A stretch of 62,897 bases of DNA, filler included, from a bacterium (lineage in GTDB: Bacteria; UBA9089; CG2-30-40-21; SBAY01), in the NCBI GenBank assembly GCA_040757115.1. It is 4 parts of 4 records of this genome, joined end to end, with 100 filler letters (N's around TTAATTAATTAA, not from the genome) between each part and the next. Parts side by side here need not be neighbours in the genome. Positions count along the whole stretch, not along the records: positions 47,406 to 62,897 come from JBFLYA010000084.1; 3 more parts are not named here. The stretch is one strand, 5' to 3'. Shown here piece by piece: positions 61,691 to 62,897 of the stretch. How positions within the stretch are numbered: the stretch's first letter is position 1; each line of letters begins with the position of its first letter. Made by a program: the position numbers and the translations under genes. Below the pieces are notes generated by a model. That model did no database searches. It was given only the letters and a program-made list of their open reading frames with translations, and was not told the DNA's origin.

Positions 61691-62449
61691 ATGATTCAAG
61701 ATAAATTCAAAATCGTAGCAAATGATAAAATAGCCCCAGAATATTATAAAATGGCTTTTACTTCACAAGAGATAGCTAATCTGGCTATCCCAGGGCAATT
61801 TATCCATATTAAGGTAAGCGAAGGTTATGAGCCTCTTTTAAGACGACCGTTTAGTATTCACGCGGTAATGGATGAAAAGACTGTTGAAATATTGTATCGG
61901 GTGGTAGGAAAAGGAACGGCATTGTTATCTGAGAAAAAAACAGGACAAGAATTGGATGTCCTTGGTCCATTGGGTAATGGATTTAAGATAAATAAGTCAG
62001 AGGTGAAAAATAGTGTTATGGTAGGCGGTGGAGCGGGAATTGCGCCGTTATTTTTCTTAACGCAAAGGTTAATTAACTATTCAAATATAACGGTATTAAT
62101 TGGTGCAAAGACAAAAAAAGGTATACTTTGCGAACAGGAATTTAAAGATTTAGGAGTTGCGGTACAGATAGCCACTGAAGATGGTAGTTATGGATACAAA
62201 GGCTTAATCACAGACTTACTTAACTCTCTACCACCTGCGACCATTTTTGCTTGTGGACCATCTGCTATGTTTCCAGCGATAACAAATTTTGCTATCAAAA
62301 ATAATTTACCCACACAACTCTCTTTAGAATCAACAATGGCTTGTGGAGTCGGAGCGTGCCTTGGCTGTGTGATAAAAGGGAAAGATGGTTATAAAAAAGT
62401 CTGTAAAGATGGACCGGTATTTAGTGCTTTGGAGATAGTGTTATGCTAA
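61691..62449 (+). CDS. pyrK: Dihydroorotate dehydrogenase electron transfer subunit
   Basis: PGQF, LRRPFS, GPLGNGF, GGGAGIAP, MACGVGACLGC...VCKDGPVF. Confidence 0.93.
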   Translation: MIQDKFKIVANDKIAPEYYKMAFTSQEIANLAIPGQFIHIKVSEGYEPLLRRPFSIHAVMDEKTVEILYRVVGKGTALLSEKKTGQELDVLGPLGNGFKINKSEVKNSVMVGGGAGIAPLFFLTQRLINYSNITVLIGAKTKKGILCEQEFKDLGVAVQIATEDGSYGYKGLITDLLNSLPPATIFACGPSAMFPAITNFAIKNNLPTQLSLESTMACGVGACLGCVIKGKDGYKKVCKDGPVFSALEIVLC

Positions 62450-62897
62450 CTATTCAGCCACTGATTAACACGGATTAGCACGGATAAATAGCAGAAGGCA
62501 GAGAGCAGAGGGCAGAAGGCAGAGGTGGGTTGTCCCCCGCTGGCGGGGGATTAAGGGGGTGGAAATCTCTTCCACTGGCAGAGAATCAAGAAGGATAGAA
62601 AATAAAAGTTAGAAGGAGAAACGCTCATGCCCACAGGGAGTGGGCACAAACGAAGATGAAAATAGGTTTGATGGTTTGATGGTTCAGGTGAAATCAGGCT
62701 CGGGGCACCCATGCAGAGCATGGGTCGTGTGGCTACCAGCCTTCCCGAGTCCCGAGTCCCGAACTCCGAATCCCGAGTCCCGATTTTCAGAAGAACCCTT
62801 CAGCCTTCAGCCTAATTACGGACACGGAAAACGGACACGATTCACGAATTTTCAGTGTTTCATCTGTGTCCATCTGTGGCTGAATAGTTACCCTGGA

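Overview
Low-GC bacterial sequence, probably from a metagenome-assembled diderm (Kdo genes present). It consists of four contigs of descending length (1-15873, 15974-31599, 31700-47305, 47406-62897) joined by artificial N/TTAATTAATTAA/N spacers, so gene adjacency across the gaps carries no information. Contig 1 holds the best candidate for an undescribed system. It is a seven-gene operon with a sigma54-type promoter and no evident membrane proteins. It encodes a RapZ-N/STAND ATPase, a STAND-GAF-GAF histidine kinase, a hybrid kinase and four receiver proteins; three carry outputs (an Mrr-like restriction endonuclease, a class III nucleotide cyclase, a sigma54 activator) and one is a stand-alone receiver. 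The operon sits with a dead IS between ~1 kb direct repeats. Contig 3 holds a second candidate: a kdsA-X-kdsC operon in which KdsD is replaced by a transaldolase-family domain with an altered active site fused to KdsD-like CBS domains. Other contents include an integrase-less attC cassette array, a NACHT-HEAT-cyclase-like-DUF192 fusion, a repeat beta-propeller with hypervariable positions, an Rpn gene-within-gene and three tRNAs. Housekeeping genes are alr, tilS, ftsH, proS, recN, smc and pyrK. Intergenic DNA is densely filled with nested MITE-like elements carrying GxxExxY and four-helix-bundle gene remnants. All domain calls come from reading motifs by eye; no searches were run.
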